Assembly (NCBI RefSeq): GCF_009914755.1
Contig: NC_060925.1
Origin: the human T2T-CHM13v2.0 reference genome, Homo sapiens
Reading direction: 5' to 3' (one strand)
DNA: 64,000 nucleotides
The notes below the pieces were generated by a model. It was not told the DNA's origin. It saw nothing but the letters and a program-made list of their open reading frames with translations, and ran no database searches. The translations under genes and the position numbers were made by a program. Each line of letters starts with the position of its first letter. Positions within the stretch are counted from its first letter, which is position 1. Positions 61,501 to 64,000 of the stretch are shown here, one piece after another.

Positions 61501-64000
61501 TGATGTGTGCGTTCAACTCACAGAGTTTAACTTTTCTTTTCATATAGCAGTTAGGAAACACTTTGTTTGTAAAGTCTGCAAGTGGATATTCAGACCTCTT
61601 TGAGGCCTTCGTTGGAAACGGGATTTCTTCATATTCTGCTAGACAGAAGAATTCTCAGTAACTTCCTTGTGTTGTGTGTATTCAACTCACAGAGTTGAAC
61701 GATCCTTTACACAGAGCAGACTTGAAACACTCTTTTTGTGGAATTTGCAAGTGGAGATTTCAGCCGCTTTGAGGTCAATTGTAGAAAAGGAAATATCTTC
61801 GTATAAAGACTAGACAGAATGATTCTCAGAAACTCCTTTGTGATGTGTGCGTTCAACTCACAGAGTTTAACTTTTCTTTTCATAGAGCAGTTAGGAAACA
61901 CTCTGTAATGTCTGCAAGTGGATATTCAGACCTCTTTGAGGCCTTCGTTGGAAACGGGATTTCTTCATATTATGCTAGACAGAATAATTCTCAGTAACTT
62001 CCTTGTGTTGTGTGCATTCAACTCACAGAGTTGAACGATCCTTTACAGAGAGCAGACTTGAAACACTCTTTTTGTGGAATTTGCAAGTGGAGATTTCAGC
62101 CGCTTTGAGGTCAATTGTAGAATAGGAAATATCTTCCTACAGAAACTAGACAGAATGATTCTCATAAACTCCTTTGTGATGTGTGCGTTCAACTCACAGA
62201 GTTTAACCTTTCTTTTCATAGAGCAGTTAGGAAACACTCTGTTTGTAAAGTCTGCAAGTGGATATTCAGACCCCTTTGAGGCCTTCGTTGAAAACGGGAT
62301 TTCTTCATATTCTGCTAGACAGAAGAATTCTCAGTAACTTCCTTGTGTTGTGTGTATTCAACTGACAGAGTTGAACTTTCATTTAGATAGAGCAGATTTG
62401 AAACACTGTTTTTGTGGAATTTGCAGGTGGAGATTTCAAGCGCTTTGGGGCCAAAGGCAGAAAAGGAAATATCTTCGTATAAAAACTAGACAGAATCATT
62501 CTCAGAAACTGCTGCGTGATGTGTGCGTTCAACTCTCAGAGTTTAACTTTCTTTTCATTCAGCGGTTTGGAAACACTCTGTTTGTAAAGTCTGCACGTGG
62601 ATATTTTGACCACTTAGAGGCCTTCGTTGGAAACGGGTTTTTTTCATGTAAGGCTAGACAGAAGAATTCCCAGTAACTTCCTTGTGTTGTGTGCATTCAA
62701 CTCACAGAGTTGAACGTTCCCTTAGACAGAGCAGATTTGAAACACTCTATTTGTGCAATTTGCAAGTGTAGATTTCAAGCGCTTTAAGGTCAATGGCAGA
62801 AAAGGAAATATCTTCGTTTCAAAACTAGACAGAATCATTCCCACAAACTGCGTTGTGATGTGTTCGTTCAACTCACAGAGTTTAACCTTTCTGTTCATAG
62901 AGCAGTTAGGAAACACTCTGTTTGTAAAGTCTGTAAGTGGATATTCTGACCTCCTTGAGGGCTTCGTTGGAAACGGGATTTCTTCATATTCTGCTAGACA
63001 GAAGAATTCTCAGTAACTTCCTTGTGTTGTGTGTATTCAACTCACAGAGTTGAACGATCCTTTACACAGAGCAGACTTGAAACACTCTTTTTGTGGAATT
63101 TGCAAGTGGAGATTTCAGCCGCTTTGAGGTCAATGGTAGAAAAGGAAACTATCTTCGTATAAAGACTAGACAGAATGATTCTCAGAAAATCCTTTGTGAT
63201 GTGTGCGTTCAACACACAGAGTTTAACTTTTCTTTTCTTAGAGCAGTTAGGAAACAGTCTGTTTGTAAAGTCTGCAAGTGGATATTCAGACCTCTTTGAG
63301 GCCTTCGTTGGAAACGGGATTTCTTCATATTCTGCTAGACAGAAGAATTCTCAGTAACTTCCTTGTGTTGTGTGTATTCAACTCACAGAGTTGAACGATC
63401 CTTTACACAGAGCAGACTTGAAACACTCTTTTTGTGGAATTTGCAAGTGGAGATTTCAGCCGCTTTGAGGTCAATGGTAGAATAGGAAATATCTTCCTAT
63501 AGAAACTAGACAGAATGATTCTCATAATCTCCTTTGTGATGTGTCCGTTCAACTCACAGAGTTTAACCTTCCTTTTCATAGAGCAGTTAGGAAACACTCT
63601 GTTTGTAAAGTCTGCAAGTGGATATTCAGACCTCTTTGAGGCCTTCGTTGGAAACGGGATTTCTTCATATTATGCTAGACAGAATAATTCTCAGTAACTT
63701 CCTTGTGTTGTGTGTATTCAACTGACAGAGTTGAACTTTCATTTAGAGAGAGCAGATTTGAAACACTGTTTTTGTGGAATTTGCAAGTGGAGATTTCAAG
63801 CGCTTTGGGGCCAAAGACAGAAAAGGAAATATCTTCGTATAAAAACTAGACAGAATCATTCTCAGAAACTGCTGCGTGATGTGTGCGTTCAACTCTCAGA
63901 GTTTAACTTTTCTTTTCATTCAGCCGTTTGGAAACACTCTGTTTGTAAAGTCTGCACGTGGATATTTTGACCACTTAGAGGCCTTCGTTGGAAACGGGTT
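45190..64000 (+). repeat. Large near-tandem duplication: 8446-bp unit, 2041-bp shortened unit, then second 8446-bp unit (offset 10487 bp)
   Basis: ORF pairs offset by 10487 from 45365/55852 to 53223/63710. X-to-X spacing series 3400, 1359, 2327, 1360 occurs twice, separated by one 2041 spacing. Confidence 0.93.

Larger units (their letters stand above)
1..64000 (+). repeat. Centromeric alpha-satellite array, SF1 dimeric type, most consistent with D1Z7/D5Z2/D19Z3 (chr1/5/19); open at both window ends
   Basis: About 340-bp periodicity throughout (ORF-track starts step by 339-341 bp). Two alternating related monomers of 171 and 169 bp (e.g. 389-559, 560-728). CENP-B box CTTCGTTGGAAACGGGA once per dimer. 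Recognisable as the 340-bp EcoRI alphoid dimer. Alpha-satellite identity is near certain; the family assignment is from recall, not a search. Confidence 0.97.

Noticed and set aside
73-63970. Hundreds of 60-108 aa ORFs on both strands (MILRNSF..., MFPNCSM..., MCIQLTEL..., MQFASVDF...)
   Set aside because: They recur with the 340-bp satellite period, overlap in several frames, are freely broken by indels and stops, and resemble no real protein domain. They are translations of alpha satellite and were used only as positional markers.
1-64000. CRISPR-like or other prokaryotic repeat-spacer system
   Set aside because: There are no unique spacers (the entire unit repeats) and no cas or other genes; the sequence is primate centromeric satellite.
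1-64000. Transposon insertion (L1/Alu), inversion or non-alphoid island
   Set aside because: The dimer register and orientation continue without interruption; I saw no poly-A tail, target-site duplication, reverse-strand CENP-B box or foreign sequence.
45190-64000. Possibility that the window is a computationally modelled centromere (GRCh38-style) or that duplications are assembly artefacts
   Set aside because: Multi-kilobase co-linear runs of rare variants would not be expected from a short-memory model, and the copies differ by a few substitutions, as real recent duplications would. Raw reads are still needed to exclude artefacts completely.
1-64000. Assignment to one chromosome (1, 5 or 19) or to the active kinetochore (CDR) site
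   Set aside because: The HOR family is shared among these chromosomes and kinetochore position is epigenetic; alignment and CENP-A/methylation data would be needed.

Overview
The whole 64 kb window is an uninterrupted, single-orientation array of human/hominid centromeric alpha-satellite DNA. It holds roughly 188 dimers of about 340 bp (171+169 bp monomers), with a CENP-B box site in every second monomer. The dominant dimer matches the classical 340-bp EcoRI alphoid dimer of suprachromosomal family 1 (SF1). Together with two interspersed diverged dimer types (called X and Y here) that form a ~1019-bp X-Y-D 6-mer, this best fits the D1Z7/D5Z2/D19Z3 array shared by chromosomes 1, 5 and 19; I cannot tell which chromosome. 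I found no genes, RNA genes, transposons, inversions or CRISPR arrays, and all listed ORFs are by-products of the repeat. I found no novel coding system. The interesting content is the array's internal architecture: irregular X-Y-(D)n higher-order variants; nested recent duplications (periods 680/1360, 1356, 1990, 2039, 3059, 2041 and 8446/10487 bp); a 49-bp deletion always linked to a second dead CENP-B box; a cluster of three dead boxes; hybrid dimers; and a short gene-conversion-like patch. All coordinates and counts were read by eye, and block boundaries are approximate.
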